Shown in pieces: positions 1 to 12,295 of a stretch of 64,000 bases of DNA; position 1 is the stretch's first letter, and each line of letters starts with the position of its first letter. Both the position numbers and the translations under genes were made by a program. Below the pieces are notes generated by a model. It saw only the letters and a program-made list of their open reading frames with translations. It ran no database searches and was not told the DNA's origin. Origin of the DNA: Limisphaerales bacterium (GTDB taxonomy: Bacteria; Verrucomicrobiota; Verrucomicrobiia; Limisphaerales; JAJOIW01); the NCBI GenBank assembly GCA_965657355.1, contig CBFHOE010000005.1:64001-128000 (forward strand), given 5' to 3'.

Positions 1-1467
1 GCTGCTGAACAAACGATCAAAGAGTCTCACTTCTAATGGAATACCATGGCCTTTGGAAACCCAGTGCAATGTTCCTTTCACCTTTTTCGTTGATGTTCCA
101 GTTCCACTTTTAGTTTCTGGATCGTAAGAACAATGGATCTCAATGACCTCTCCCGAATCAGGATCTTTGATGACGTCCTCACACTTGATGATATAGGCAT
201 ACTTCAGCCTTACCTCCCTGCCGGGCGATAGTCGAAAGAATTTCTTGGGAGGCTCAAGCATGAAATCATTTCGATCGATATATATCTCTCTTGTAAATGG
301 TATATCCCTAACACCGGCGTCAGGGTCTTCAGGATTGAGAGTAGCTGTAAGATTCTCGATATGATCTTCAGGTAGATTTGTGATAACTATTTTTACGGGG
401 TCAAGAACAACCATTGCCCTATGCGATCGAGCATTTAAGTCCTGCCGAAGAGAATGCTCCAATAGAGAAATATCAGTAATAGATTTGAACTTTGTTATAC
501 CGACAGTATTACAAAAATTTCGGATTGATTCAGGTGTATACCCTCTGCGCCGCATACCGGATAGGGTAGGCATGCGTGGGTCATCCCAACCATCAACGTA
601 ACCCTCATCAACAAGCTTCAAAAACTTTCTTTTACTCATCACGCTGTAGTTCAGATTAAGCCTCGCAAATTCAATTTGCTTTGGCTTGGATGACATATCA
701 AGCACCTCCAGCACCCATTCGTAAAGTTGGCGATGCACCTCAAATTCCAAAGTACATAGCGAGTGAGTAACGCCCTCAATACTATCAGAGAGGCAATGTG
801 TAAAATCGTACATGGGATAGATTTTCCAATCACTACCCGTCCTGTGGTGCACTGCATTCTTTATTCTATAAATTGCAGGATCCCGCATGTGAATGTTTGG
901 AGAGGACATATCAATCCGCGCTCTGAGCACTCGACTGCCTTCCTCGTATTCACCATTTTTCATTTTTTCAAACTCGCTGAGGTTTTCCTCGACAGACCTA
1001 TCACGATATGGGCTGTCTTTGCCGGGTCTTGAAGGGATACCTCGGTAGTCGATCCACTCTTTTTGTGTGAGCTCACAAACGTAAGCTTTCCCCGTCTTGA
1101 TGAGCTGTAACGCCAAACCGTATATTTTTGTAAAATAATCTGATGCAAAAAAAAGATTTTCTCCCCAATCAAACCCAAGCCATTGTATGTCCCTCTTAAT
1201 GGATTCCACGTATTCGGTATCTTCTGCGGCCGGATTCGTATCATCGAATCTTAGGTGACAGCGACCCTCATAGTCTTGTGCTATGGAGAAACTCAAGCAG
1301 ATGGCTTTGGCATGGCCAATGTGTAGGTATCCATTTGGTTCAGGAGGAAATCTAGTCACAACGTGGCTCACTTTTCCACTCTTGATGTCTCCGTCAATGA
1401 TCTGCCTTATGAAGTTGGCAGGTGACTTAGAATTTCCACTTTCCGCTTTATCGGAAGTTTCGCTCAT
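1..1467 (-). CDS. glnS: glutamine--tRNA ligase (3' end runs off the window)
   Basis: Not in the ORF track. Manual minus-strand translation from ATG at 1467 stays open to position 1: MSETSDK...[17 protein letters not shown] (HIGH motif), [31 protein letters not shown] (KMSKS-like), [31 protein letters not shown]. Confidence 0.95.
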   Translation of the reverse strand, partial: MSETSDKAESGNSKSPANFIRQIIDGDIKSGKVSHVVTRFPPEPNGYLHIGHAKAICLSFSIAQDYEGRCHLRFDDTNPAAEDTEYVESIKRDIQWLGFDWGENLFFASDYFTKIYGLALQLIKTGKAYVCELTQKEWIDYRGIPSRPGKDSPYRDRSVEENLSEFEKMKNGEYEEGSRVLRARIDMSSPNIHMRDPAIYRIKNAVHHRTGSDWKIYPMYDFTHCLSDSIEGVTHSLCTLEFEVHRQLYEWVLEVLDMSSKPKQIEFARLNLNYSVMSKRKFLKLVDEGYVDGWDDPRMPTLSGMRRRGYTPESIRNFCNTVGITKFKSITDISLLEHSLRQDLNARSHRAMVVLDPVKIVITNLPEDHIENLTATLNPEDPDAGVRDIPFTREIYIDRNDFMLEPPKKFFRLSPGREVRLKYAYIIKCEDVIKDPDSGEVIEIHCSYDPETKSGTGTSTKKVKGTLHWVSKGHGIPLEVRLFDRLFSS

Positions 1468-1496
1468 TAGGTATTTAGGATTAATGTATAAATTAA

Positions 1497-3296
1497 TTAT
1501 ATGAGGTCATGGGCTAAACCATCCTTTTCATTTTTTTGCATTGGGTCGACCCACTTACCATTTTCTCTTATTAAATCAACCAACCTATCAACGGCCTCTC
1601 CTTCAGGAATATTAAATTTAACAGGTGTCTTCCCAACGTATAAATTAATTTTACCCGGAGCCCCTCCAACGTATCCGAAATCAGCGTCAGCCATTTCACC
1701 AGGGCCATTGACAATACACCCCATAATAGCAATCTTAACCCCTTTAAGGTGGTCAGTCCTATCTTTAATTTTCGCAGTTACTTCCTGAAGGTTAAATAGT
1801 GTTCGCCCGCAGGAAGGACAAGCGACGTAGTCTGTCTTAAAAGAGCGAGATCCTGCTGCTTGGAGAATATTGTAGGCAAGTTTCAATGATTGCCCACCAC
1901 CAGATTCTCCTCTGACCATTATAGCATCACCAATCCCGTCACATATGAGGCTTCCCAGATTGACAGATGCTCTTAGCAGAGCTATTTCAGGGGCAAGAGG
2001 TTCTGTTTGGGACTCAAAACAATCTTTCAGCAGTATGGGATTTTTTAAATTCTTTTGTTTCAATTTAGCCGCCAGCAAACGGAATGCAGCTATGGGAGGC
2101 AAGCTGACACCATCAGCTACAGTAACCAAACCGTCGGTCACAATTTCAAAATTCTCAGTTGGGTCGACTTCAGTAATGGGCAAATCCTCATAAATACCCT
2201 CTGGTTTAACATCGCTAGATGGGTGTATGCGAGGACTGACTTTGTTCCAAGTATCGCGCGTGACGACAACACGTATCGGATTTGTTGCCCCAAATTGACT
2301 TCCCTCAGGTGAAACAAATTCTGAAGACTCTCTGCGAGAATACTCAAAAGGATCCCAAGAAATTTCAGGTAAGTTGGATAGTTCTCTGGTATTATAAAGA
2401 TGAGGAATCTGAGCTAATAGGTCGTTACAAACCCTTATTTCGTTGGGAGAGTCTTCGGTTAGAGAGACCCGAATAGTTTCGCCCAAACCATCTGCTAGGA
2501 GACTGCCTATCCCTATCGCACTTTTTATACGACCATCCTCACCATCACCAGCCTCAGTAACACCTAGATGAATTGGGTAATTCCAGTCTGGCCCAAGCTC
2601 GCGTAGCCGAGCAACCAAAAGCCTGTAACACTGTATCATGACTTTTGGATTACTTGATTTCATAGAGAAAACAAAATTATGAAAATCATTTTTTCGAGCG
2701 ATGCGGGCGAACTCCAGGGCGCTTTCAACCATCCCTAACGGGGTGTCCCCATAACGATTCATTATGCGATCGCTCAGTGATCCATGATTCGTACCGATTC
2801 GCATGGCTCGATTGAGATCCTTGCACAAGAGAACAAGAGGCGTGAACTCTTTTTCAATTCGTTCCAACTGTTCTTCGTATTCGTCGTTAGAATACTCAAT
2901 TGTCGCAAATTTTTTCTTATCCGCGTAGTTGCCTGGATTAATGCGTATCTTTTCTACCCACTTGACGGCTTCCAAGGCGGCTGATGGGAGAAAATGAATG
3001 TCTGCGACTATTGGAACCCTACAAGATCTTTTCCTGAGTTCCTTAACGATATCCTCCAGATTGCTGGCTGCTTTGTTGTTTGGAGCAGTAATTCTTACTA
3101 TCTGGCAACCGACGTCTGTGAGAGCGAGAGTTTGCTGAACACATGCATCCGTATCTTTGGTATCAGAAGTCAGCATGGACTGACGAACAACGTCATTTTG
3201 TCCCCCTATAATAACGCCCCCATCGTTAGGATCTCCAACAATGACTTGGCGGGATTCCCTCCTGCTATAAAAAAAGGGTGAGAAACAATAATCCAT
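1497..3296 (-). CDS. ispG: (E)-4-hydroxy-3-methylbut-2-enyl-diphosphate synthase, long form with inserted domain
   Basis: QSM..., [49 protein letters not shown] and [11 protein letters not shown] 4Fe-4S ligands; 599 aa. Confidence 0.96.
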   Translation of the reverse strand: MDYCFSPFFYSRRESRQVIVGDPNDGGVIIGGQNDVVRQSMLTSDTKDTDACVQQTLALTDVGCQIVRITAPNNKAASNLEDIVKELRKRSCRVPIVADIHFLPSAALEAVKWVEKIRINPGNYADKKKFATIEYSNDEYEEQLERIEKEFTPLVLLCKDLNRAMRIGTNHGSLSDRIMNRYGDTPLGMVESALEFARIARKNDFHNFVFSMKSSNPKVMIQCYRLLVARLRELGPDWNYPIHLGVTEAGDGEDGRIKSAIGIGSLLADGLGETIRVSLTEDSPNEIRVCNDLLAQIPHLYNTRELSNLPEISWDPFEYSRRESSEFVSPEGSQFGATNPIRVVVTRDTWNKVSPRIHPSSDVKPEGIYEDLPITEVDPTENFEIVTDGLVTVADGVSLPPIAAFRLLAAKLKQKNLKNPILLKDCFESQTEPLAPEIALLRASVNLGSLICDGIGDAIMVRGESGGGQSLKLAYNILQAAGSRSFKTDYVACPSCGRTLFNLQEVTAKIKDRTDHLKGVKIAIMGCIVNGPGEMADADFGYVGGAPGKINLYVGKTPVKFNIPEGEAVDRLVDLIRENGKWVDPMQKNEKDGLAHDLI

Positions 3297-3304
3297 AGGA
3301 ATCT

Positions 3305-4741
3305 CTATTCAGGTTTGGAAGATGAATCGCTCTCAGCTGAAACATTACTGTCGAATCGAATTTCCACGGGTTTTTGTGGCAATGAAAAATCCTGAACATC
3401 GAAAAATGTGACATAGAGCATGAATCCAATGAGGGCCATTCCACACGCACCCTGAAGCTTGACCAAAATCCCCGGATTGAGGGGCTTCTTACGTATACCT
3501 TCCACAATAGCTAAGGTGATATGCCCTCCATCCAAAACTGGGATGGGTAGCATATTTAAGATGGCCAAATTGACGTTAAAAACAACGCTGAACCAAAGAG
3601 CCAGTCTCCAACCATTTTCACTTTCAAAGAGCATATAATACATCCTCATGATGTTGGCTGGACCGGAGAGGTGCTGAGGTTTGATATCTGAATTTTTGTT
3701 GAAGAGAGCACCAAGCGTGTTTGCCATCGTATTGACGGCTGATTTCATCTGCTCAACAGGGCCTGGGTAAGCAATGGTGGAAATGCCGGATGGGTCCCAC
3801 CTGACACCCAACATGAGCGGCGGCTCTTTTTCTGGGTGCTGTGAAGGGCGAGCAGGTGTAACTGAAATTGCCATCTTTTTATCTCCTCGGAGGACAGAGA
3901 ACTCTAATGGTTGCCCATCACTTTCTCTAACCTTATCGCTGATGATCGCCGGGTTGTAAATTTTGTCACCATTCACGGTCTCGATTATATCGTTGACCTG
4001 AATACCTGCCTCCTCAGCAGGGCTACCTGGCATCACATAACCAACAAATGCAGTTTGTAAGGGGTAGACGTTGATCTGTTTCAGCGATTCTCTTTGGTAA
4101 ACCTTTGTTTCCCTCCGGACGGCTAAAACCTCTTTGTTCAGAATTTCCTCGCCTCTTTTTAGCTTAATATTGATGACATCATTAGTGCTGGTAATGATTT
4201 GCCACTTAATAGATGTGGACCCGATTCCACTAAACTTGGTAACAGCGTTACCGTCCACTTCTTCAATAATATCTCCGGGGCGGATGTCCGCTTTTGAAGC
4301 CGGTGAATCCGCGGCGACATATCCGACGATAGTCGATGTTTCTGCTTCCTGAACAGGACGACCAACAAATGATATAATAAAGGCACAAACAACAGCCAGG
4401 AGAACACTGAACAGAGGGCCGGCAAATGCCACTATAATTTTATCCATGGCAGTAGCCTCAGGTAATTCTTTTCTGTCAATTGTCGTTTCTCCTTCCATGA
4501 CCTCCATGGGAGCCATCTGAGGCAGAGCGACAAAACCACCGGCGGGAATCCAACCCAAGCTGTAGTGAACCCCTCCTATATTTTTTTCCCAAATGGGCTT
4601 ACCGAACCAAACCCCAAATCTCTCGACATGAAGACCCCGCCATTTAGCGGCTAAAAAATGACCTAGTTCGTGAACAATTATTATAAAATTGAACAGAACG
4701 ACGACTTCGAGGCAGATAAAAATAAAGTTAAGAATTGCCAT
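3305..4741 (-). CDS. rseP: RIP metalloprotease RseP (site-2 protease, two PDZ domains)
   Basis: HELGH zinc motif, GGFV, AGP, two PDZ-like segments (SPA..A), NMLPIPVLDGGH; canonical position next to dxr. Confidence 0.93.
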   Translation of the reverse strand: MAILNFIFICLEVVVLFNFIIIVHELGHFLAAKWRGLHVERFGVWFGKPIWEKNIGGVHYSLGWIPAGGFVALPQMAPMEVMEGETTIDRKELPEATAMDKIIVAFAGPLFSVLLAVVCAFIISFVGRPVQEAETSTIVGYVAADSPASKADIRPGDIIEEVDGNAVTKFSGIGSTSIKWQIITSTNDVINIKLKRGEEILNKEVLAVRRETKVYQRESLKQINVYPLQTAFVGYVMPGSPAEEAGIQVNDIIETVNGDKIYNPAIISDKVRESDGQPLEFSVLRGDKKMAISVTPARPSQHPEKEPPLMLGVRWDPSGISTIAYPGPVEQMKSAVNTMANTLGALFNKNSDIKPQHLSGPANIMRMYYMLFESENGWRLALWFSVVFNVNLAILNMLPIPVLDGGHITLAIVEGIRKKPLNPGILVKLQGACGMALIGFMLYVTFFDVQDFSLPQKPVEIRFDSNVSAESDSSSKPE

Positions 4742-4892
4742 GTTTTCACAAAAAATACGATGACCGGCATACGCCGGAGTGTTCTACCAGACTTGTAAAA
4801 ATTTCCGGTTTAGACAAGTGAATTGATATTATTACAGAAAAAATAGTTTTTTCAACAGATACGGCTGTTTATAGGCATTAATAATTTACTGA

Positions 4893-6044
4893 CTAAATAA
4901 GCTCCTCAGCTTTTTTTCTGGCCCAAATATCCGCATCCACGATCTCTTCAAGAGAAGTGTATTGCACAGTATCGTGGGAATTCATGACCTTTTCAACAAG
5001 CCTTGTGATATTTGGAAAATTAATCTTTCGATCGACAAAGCTGGAAACAGCGACCTCATTGGCGGCATTGAAAACAGCGGGCAAAGTGCCTCCCTTTTCA
5101 GCAGATTCCCTTGCAAGTAGAAGGCTAGGAAACTTTTTAGTATCTGGTTCTTCAAATTCCAGCTTACCAATACCTGGGAAATCCGTTTTCACTCTGTCGC
5201 TGGCAAGCCGCTCCGGGTAGGTCAATGCATATTGAATTGGTAGACACATGTCTGGGGTTGAAAGCTGAGCAATGATAGATCCATCAATGAATTCAACCAT
5301 TGAGTGAACGACACTCTGAGGGTGAACAACAACGTCAACTTGATTGATTGGGAGATCAAAAAGCCATCTTGCTTCAATCATCTCAAGTCCCTTATTAAAG
5401 AGAGTCGCCGAATCAATAGTGATTTTAGGTCCCATGACCCATGATGGGTGTTTGAGAGCCATCTCGACTGAAATTTCTTCAAATTTTTGATAGGGAGTTT
5501 TGCGGAATGGCCCCCCACTTGCAGTGAGAATAATTTTTCTCACTGAGCGAGTCGGCTTTTCATCAAGACATTGAAAAATAGCCGAGTGTTCGCTATCGAC
5601 GGCAAGAACTCTGACACCGTATTTTTTGGCTTCACTCATGACAAATTCCCCTGCCATGACAAGGATCTCTTTACTTGCCACCGCGATATCCTTGCCAGCA
5701 CGGATCGCAGCCAAAGCAGGTGCCAATCCGGCAATCCCCACGATGGCTATGAGAACAATATCTGCCTCTTTCATCGTGGCTAACTCGACAAGACCGTCAT
5801 CGCCCTCGAATATCTCTAATGGGAGTTCGTATTCAGAAATTCTGGATCTCAAATCGTTCAATCTCGAAGTATTGGACAAGCTGACACAATTTGGCTGAAA
5901 TTCTTTAATTTGCTCTGAAAGCAACTCCACGTTTGATCCGGCAGCAAGGCCAATGAGATTTATTTTCTCTGATAAATCGCGCGCTACGAGTGCTGTGCTA
6001 GTTCCTATTGACCCTGTTGAGCCAAGTAATACTACGTTCTTCAT
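4893..6044 (-). CDS. dxr: 1-deoxy-D-xylulose-5-phosphate reductoisomerase
   Basis: LGSTGSIG, VDSEHSAIFQ, LTASGGPF, HPSWVMGPKITIDSAT, NKGLEMIEA. Confidence 0.97.
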   Translation of the reverse strand: MKNVVLLGSTGSIGTSTALVARDLSEKINLIGLAAGSNVELLSEQIKEFQPNCVSLSNTSRLNDLRSRISEYELPLEIFEGDDGLVELATMKEADIVLIAIVGIAGLAPALAAIRAGKDIAVASKEILVMAGEFVMSEAKKYGVRVLAVDSEHSAIFQCLDEKPTRSVRKIILTASGGPFRKTPYQKFEEISVEMALKHPSWVMGPKITIDSATLFNKGLEMIEARWLFDLPINQVDVVVHPQSVVHSMVEFIDGSIIAQLSTPDMCLPIQYALTYPERLASDRVKTDFPGIGKLEFEEPDTKKFPSLLLARESAEKGGTLPAVFNAANEVAVSSFVDRKINFPNITRLVEKVMNSHDTVQYTSLEEIVDADIWARKKAEELI

Positions 6045-6047
6045 AAA

Positions 6048-6959
6048 TTAACCATTTGCTCCTTTTACAAGGAAAATTTCGACAACAAAATATAAGATTG
6101 GGGCATTGAATAAAAGGCTATCGAGAAGATCTAAAACCCCACCGATACCGGGGAAGATCCCACCTGAATCCTTGAGCCCTGATTGTCTTTTGAAAAGTGA
6201 TTCTACGAGATCACCCGCAATTCCACCCACCCCCAGCAATAAACCAAGAAGGATTGCCCAGATGATGGAAAGCTCCCCGAAAATATCCTGTACGAAATAA
6301 AATATTAGAACACTGATACCTACAGAAGTAATGATGCCACCTAGAGCGCCCTCCCATGTTTTGCCGGGACTCAGCGTGGGGATCAGGGCATTTTTGCCAA
6401 TCAAGTTCCCGACAAAATAAGCTCCAGCATCACCACACTTGGTCACCGCGATCGCATAAATCACCAAGACCGGGCCATTAGCGTCTGGATGGTAAAAAAC
6501 ACGGATTAGAAAATTAAATAATATGGAAACGTAAACGACTCCAAAAAGCGTCGAAGATAGGGCATGGACAACCAGTTTGATATCACGGTGGGCACAAACC
6601 CCTACAATAAGCAATATGAGAACAAATGAGACCGCGAGTAACTCAACCGGCATACTACGAATGCGACCAAGGTCCAGATAACCCGCACTTTGAAGAAACT
6701 CCATCAAAGTGGTCAGGCATCCGGCACCAATTCCAAAAAAGTAGAAGGAGGGAAATTGCTTGGATTCTAATAATTTAAAAAATTCTCTCAATCCCAAGCC
6801 GACAAGAGTAACGGATAAAATCCCAACCATCGGATCCGAAATCGATCGATTGGGTGCAAGTAAAATCCCAAGCACTGCAGAGACCAAAATAATCGAACTT
6901 AGTATTCTTCGAAAAAGAACAGTTCGTTTATTTGGAGCGCTTTCGGATGTGACTGGCAT
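6048..6959 (-). CDS. cdsA: phosphatidate cytidylyltransferase
   Basis: Polytopic membrane protein with SPGKTWEG, GDLVESLFKR..GLKDSG.IFPGIGGVLD. Confidence 0.93.
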   Translation of the reverse strand: MPVTSESAPNKRTVLFRRILSSIILVSAVLGILLAPNRSISDPMVGILSVTLVGLGLREFFKLLESKQFPSFYFFGIGAGCLTTLMEFLQSAGYLDLGRIRSMPVELLAVSFVLILLIVGVCAHRDIKLVVHALSSTLFGVVYVSILFNFLIRVFYHPDANGPVLVIYAIAVTKCGDAGAYFVGNLIGKNALIPTLSPGKTWEGALGGIITSVGISVLIFYFVQDIFGELSIIWAILLGLLLGVGGIAGDLVESLFKRQSGLKDSGGIFPGIGGVLDLLDSLLFNAPILYFVVEIFLVKGANG

Positions 6960-6991
6960 GAGTTCTATCTTTCTAATCTCCCAAGATCAGT

Positions 6992-7723
6992 TCATAAGCC
7001 CCCAAACCTTCTATGCCTCTTGGAATACTCCTCCAAAGCATCGATAAGATCCTTTTCTCCAAATTCGGGCCAGTGGATACTTGAGACGACAAACTCTGCA
7101 TAAGATATCTGCCAAAGCAAAAAATTCGATAATCGAAACTCACCACTCGTTCGGATTAGTAATTCAGGATCCGGAAATGGGGCTGTGAAAAGATGCTGAG
7201 AAACTGATTCTTCATTGATATCTTCTGGATCAATTCCTCCATTTATCGCTTTTTTAGCGAGAGATCTTGTTGCTTCGACGATTTCCTGGCGTGCCCCATA
7301 GCTCAGGGCCAAAACCAAAGTGAGTCCGGAGTTGTCTTGAAGTTGTGATTTTGTTTCAGATAATTGCTGCCGTACTTTTTCTGGAAGTCGTTCCGTATGA
7401 CCGATTGTCTCGAGCTTAACGTTATTATTCATTAGTTCTCCAGTCTCATGTTTGAGATAATAAGCCAGGTATTTCATGAGTGTATCGACTTCAGCTTTCG
7501 GACGATTCCAGTTCTCAGCCGAGAAGGCATATAGTGTGAGGTATTTGATACCAAGTTGACCACAGAGACGAACAACTTTCCTGACTGTTTCTGCACCTCT
7601 TCGATGACCTTCAACTCGAGGTAGATGCCGTGACTTCGCCCAACGACCATTACCATCCATAATAATCGCCACGTGAACTGGCAGAACTTCGGCTGCCCTT
7701 TCTGAAAGTTGAAAGTCCGACAT
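6992..7723 (-). CDS. uppS: undecaprenyl diphosphate synthase (isoprenyl transferase)
   Basis: HVAIIMDGNGRWA, YAFSAENWNRP, LLIRTSGEFRLSNFLLWQ. Confidence 0.96.
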   Translation of the reverse strand: MSDFQLSERAAEVLPVHVAIIMDGNGRWAKSRHLPRVEGHRRGAETVRKVVRLCGQLGIKYLTLYAFSAENWNRPKAEVDTLMKYLAYYLKHETGELMNNNVKLETIGHTERLPEKVRQQLSETKSQLQDNSGLTLVLALSYGARQEIVEATRSLAKKAINGGIDPEDINEESVSQHLFTAPFPDPELLIRTSGEFRLSNFLLWQISYAEFVVSSIHWPEFGEKDLIDALEEYSKRHRRFGGL

Positions 7724-7770
7724 AATGCATAATCAAAGGATCACCGGGCTCCCCTGATAAGGTTTTTTCC

Positions 7771-9069
<1,299 letters not shown>

Positions 9070-9083
9070 CTAGTCTGGACATT

Positions 9084-9108
9084 AAAAAACCCCGAACTGA
9101 TTCGGGGT
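9084..9108 (-). terminator. intrinsic terminator-like hairpin in the purA leader
   Basis: Minus strand ACCCCGAA-TCAG-TTCGGGGT followed by a T-run, about 30 nt upstream of the purA ATG. Confidence 0.75.
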
Positions 9109-9137
9109 AAACTCATGATAAATTGGTTTACTTTGTG

Positions 9138-9166
9138 AGCCTAGATAATTTCCTAATTTGTGTCAA
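9138..9166 (-). promoter_or_regulatory. sigma70-type promoter for purA
   Basis: Minus strand TTGACA (9166-9161), 17-nt spacer, TAGGCT (9143-9138). Confidence 0.6.
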
Positions 9167-9184
9167 CGACTATAAGATTTGGTG

Positions 9185-9976
9185 TCAATTGTATTGAATG
9201 AAATACGCGATAAGCCCCATCAAGCCACCAAAAACCCCTCCCCAGACGACGAGCCATCCGAGGTGAATTCTAATCATATCTTGGATTATCTCCTTCACCA
9301 TTGATGGGGTCATTTCATTTAATCTTTCTTGAATGACGACGTCGACGTTCTCGAGCAAGTGGTCAGTTGAAATAAGCCCTGAGAGATGGGTTTTCATAGA
9401 TTTTTTAAATGCATCGGTTGAAGTAATTTCTTGAATCGATGATTTCATTTTCCCGGCAAATGGGCCACGCAAAGGTTCCAAAGCAGACTCACCGCCCACC
9501 ATGTTTAACATCCCGCCAAAAGGAGACTCTATAACAGCCTCCTTAAGAGAGTCGAAAGCAGGACTGAGATCGACATCATCAAGAACCTTACCCCAATCTA
9601 TGTTGGGAAAATCCGAATTACCCACACCCGCTTGCCCTAGGAATTTTTCCATGTTTTGTTTATTAAAAAACTGCTGCTTTAATAAATAGCGAATACCGCC
9701 TTTAAACTCTTCGAATCTTGTCGGTATAACCCCTGAGCCATAAAGGAGTGGAACTTTTTCAAAAAGCATGTGAACAGCAAGCCAATTGGTAATTGCACCA
9801 GAAAATGCAAACAGGCCTACATTCAAAAGAGGACCTTTTAATCCTTCTGGTAGTATGAGAGAAACGCCAATGATCGCTATGGTGATAAAATTTGTTATAA
9901 AACTTTTATTCCAAATCAAATGCGGTTTCGGCTGTTGCCCGGAGGCGGATGTCATTTGGGATTGATTATCTTCCAT
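9185..9976 (-). CDS. DUF445-family membrane protein
   Basis: GAITNWLAVHMLF, GSGVIP, C-terminal LGWLVVWGGVFGGLMG, typical of DUF445/YheB-like proteins. Confidence 0.8.
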   Translation of the reverse strand: MEDNQSQMTSASGQQPKPHLIWNKSFITNFITIAIIGVSLILPEGLKGPLLNVGLFAFSGAITNWLAVHMLFEKVPLLYGSGVIPTRFEEFKGGIRYLLKQQFFNKQNMEKFLGQAGVGNSDFPNIDWGKVLDDVDLSPAFDSLKEAVIESPFGGMLNMVGGESALEPLRGPFAGKMKSSIQEITSTDAFKKSMKTHLSGLISTDHLLENVDVVIQERLNEMTPSMVKEIIQDMIRIHLGWLVVWGGVFGGLMGLIAYFIQYN

Positions 9977-9986
9977 AGAAAAAATT

Positions 9987-11801
9987 TTACTTAGAAGTAA
10001 GAGTTAATTCCTCAAGCGTTTTTGTATTTTGAATTCGAGTTAATTTTGAGTAAAGACCATTGGATGCCAATAGCTCCTCATGAGTTCCTTTTTCGATTAT
10101 TTCACCAGCTTGCAAAACAAGAATTTGATCAGCTTTCTCGATAGTACTTAGGCGATGCGCAATGACAAAGCTTGTCCGGCCCACCATTAATCTATCCAGG
10201 GCTTCTTGGATTAGTCTTTCAGTCGCTGTATCAACGCTGGAAGTCGCCTCATCAAGGATTAAGATCGGAGAATCTTTTATAAGAGCCCGAGCAATGCTAA
10301 TTCTTTGCTTTTGCCCGACGCTTAACTTTACGCCTCGCTCCCCCACTTTAGTATCAAAATTCTCGGGGAGCTTCTCAATGAATTCCATGCAGTTCGCCGC
10401 TTCAGCGGCACTTTTAATCTCCTCTTCACTGGCGTTCATCGAACCATAAAGAATATTCTCTTTTATGGTTCCATTAAATAGAAATGGTTCTTGGGAAACG
10501 ACTGAGATTAGGTCTCGCAAGTCTGATAGTTTTAGAGAATTAATATTGTGTCCGTCTATCGAGATTACCCCTGAACTGACTGGGTAAAATGCTGGTATTA
10601 AATTGACTATTGTCGATTTACCTGCACCGGTAGGACCTACCAGGGCAATCGTCTCACCAGGTTTTGCTTTTAAGTCGATATTTTTTAGGATGGGAGAATC
10701 CGTCTCATATTGAAACGAAACCTTCTCAAAAGAAACACCACCAGCAATTAATTCTTTTCTTATGGATTTTGTTTTTGAGGAATCGAATCTCTCAGGCTCT
10801 CTGTCAAGAATATCGAATACTCTCTCTCCGGCGGCACGCGCGGACTGCATGAGCTGGTTAAGTCCATGAAGTCTTCTAATGGGCTCGTAGAAAAAGTTGA
10901 GATAAAGGAGAAAACCAACAAGTTCCCCAATTGCAAGCTGTCCTTTTAAAACCTGACTTCCGCCTATTCCCAAAACACATACGGTTCCAAGAGTACCCAG
11001 AAGATCCATTGACGGCGAGTAATTGGCCCAGGCTTGCATGACCTTTAAATTACCTTGCCGCATATCTTCAGCCCTGTCCGCAAATCGCCGGTCCTCATAA
11101 TTTTCACGGTGGAATGCCTTTATTTGCCGGTTTCCTTGTAAATTGTCAAAGAGAAGAGCATTCATGGCACTGGATGCTATCCTAAGGGCACGATACCGTG
11201 TGTGAGCCGTCAGAGTATACCATAGAGCACCTGCTACAAGGAACGGCATTGGGATGAGTGCCGCAAATGCAAGGGGCGGATGCAGATAAAGCATGAGCCC
11301 AAATGCGCCCCCTATACTAAGAATAGCAACAAGCCCTTGCTCAGTTCCATCAATTAGAATTCTTTCAACGTTATTGACATCTTCAATAACCCTAGTCATT
11401 AAATCACCCGAGGAACGTTGATCAAAATATGAAACAGGTAGCCTTTGCAGCTTGGCATAAACGTCACTTCTTAAATCAAATATAACATTCTGCTCAAGGT
11501 AGTTATTTACTCGTATTCTCAGACTATTAAAAATCGCGCTCAATATAAAGGCACCCGCAATGAGAGAAATGTAAGTTATCAGCTGGTCGGATTTCCCTCC
11601 CCCGATAACATCGTCGATGAGATGTTGAGTTAATTTCGGAAAAGAGAGCGCGAATACCTGAGACAGGACAGCGCAGAGCAAAGTCCCCAGGGTTAGTCCT
11701 GGGTAGCGGAATAAATATTTACTAACTCTCAGCAAAACTTCCTTTGCCGTTCGCTTGCGAGCCGAAAATGTTGGATCGTGATGACTACTGAATCTACCCA
11801 T
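9987..11801 (-). CDS. ABC exporter, fused permease/ATPase (MsbA/MdlB-like)
   Basis: N-terminal TM domain, GPTGAGKST Walker A, LSVGQKQR signature, ILILDEATS Walker B, IAHRLST. Confidence 0.92.
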   Translation of the reverse strand: MGRFSSHHDPTFSARKRTAKEVLLRVSKYLFRYPGLTLGTLLCAVLSQVFALSFPKLTQHLIDDVIGGGKSDQLITYISLIAGAFILSAIFNSLRIRVNNYLEQNVIFDLRSDVYAKLQRLPVSYFDQRSSGDLMTRVIEDVNNVERILIDGTEQGLVAILSIGGAFGLMLYLHPPLAFAALIPMPFLVAGALWYTLTAHTRYRALRIASSAMNALLFDNLQGNRQIKAFHRENYEDRRFADRAEDMRQGNLKVMQAWANYSPSMDLLGTLGTVCVLGIGGSQVLKGQLAIGELVGFLLYLNFFYEPIRRLHGLNQLMQSARAAGERVFDILDREPERFDSSKTKSIRKELIAGGVSFEKVSFQYETDSPILKNIDLKAKPGETIALVGPTGAGKSTIVNLIPAFYPVSSGVISIDGHNINSLKLSDLRDLISVVSQEPFLFNGTIKENILYGSMNASEEEIKSAAEAANCMEFIEKLPENFDTKVGERGVKLSVGQKQRISIARALIKDSPILILDEATSSVDTATERLIQEALDRLMVGRTSFVIAHRLSTIEKADQILVLQAGEIIEKGTHEELLASNGLYSKLTRIQNTKTLEELTLTSK

Positions 11802-12295
11802 ATGCTATGCGCTACTCATTATTCCCCAATTCCAGAAAATCAAAAATAATTATTATTTGGTCTCTGCACGGACGTCTTTAAAGGTGGCAAAAATCAGCAT
11901 TAAAGTTGGATTTTTTAAAAAAAAGAATTTGGTCAGTTTAATATCATTAATTAAGTCATATCAAACCGAAGAATGCTATAAGACAACGGGCTGCAGAAAC
12001 CATGACAAAAAACAAATTCAGCACCGCACCGGAGATAATTTAGAATGGAACCACTGTAAAAGTACACAAAAAACGGGTGATCAGTCGTTATGGTTGAGAG
12101 GAGGCTGCCTGAGGATGGCATAAGAGGTAAAAACGACTGTCACCCACTTCCATTTATTTAATTGGTTGATTCAGCAAAACAGTGAATAGGGACAAATCTG
12201 AATAAATCACAGGAAATTCCTTAAAAACAAATAGATTGACCGAAAAAGAGCAAAATCACACCTCCTTGAGTATATGGCTCATAAAAAACGCTTCA

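Noticed and set aside
380..1504. Five short ORFs in the ORF track
   Set aside because: They are shadows of glnS, which occupies 1..1467 on the minus strand and was missed because it runs off the window.
11857..12123. 88-aa + strand ORF in the intergenic gap
   Set aside because: TTG start, no recognisable motif, and it overlaps the hairpin element; likely spurious.
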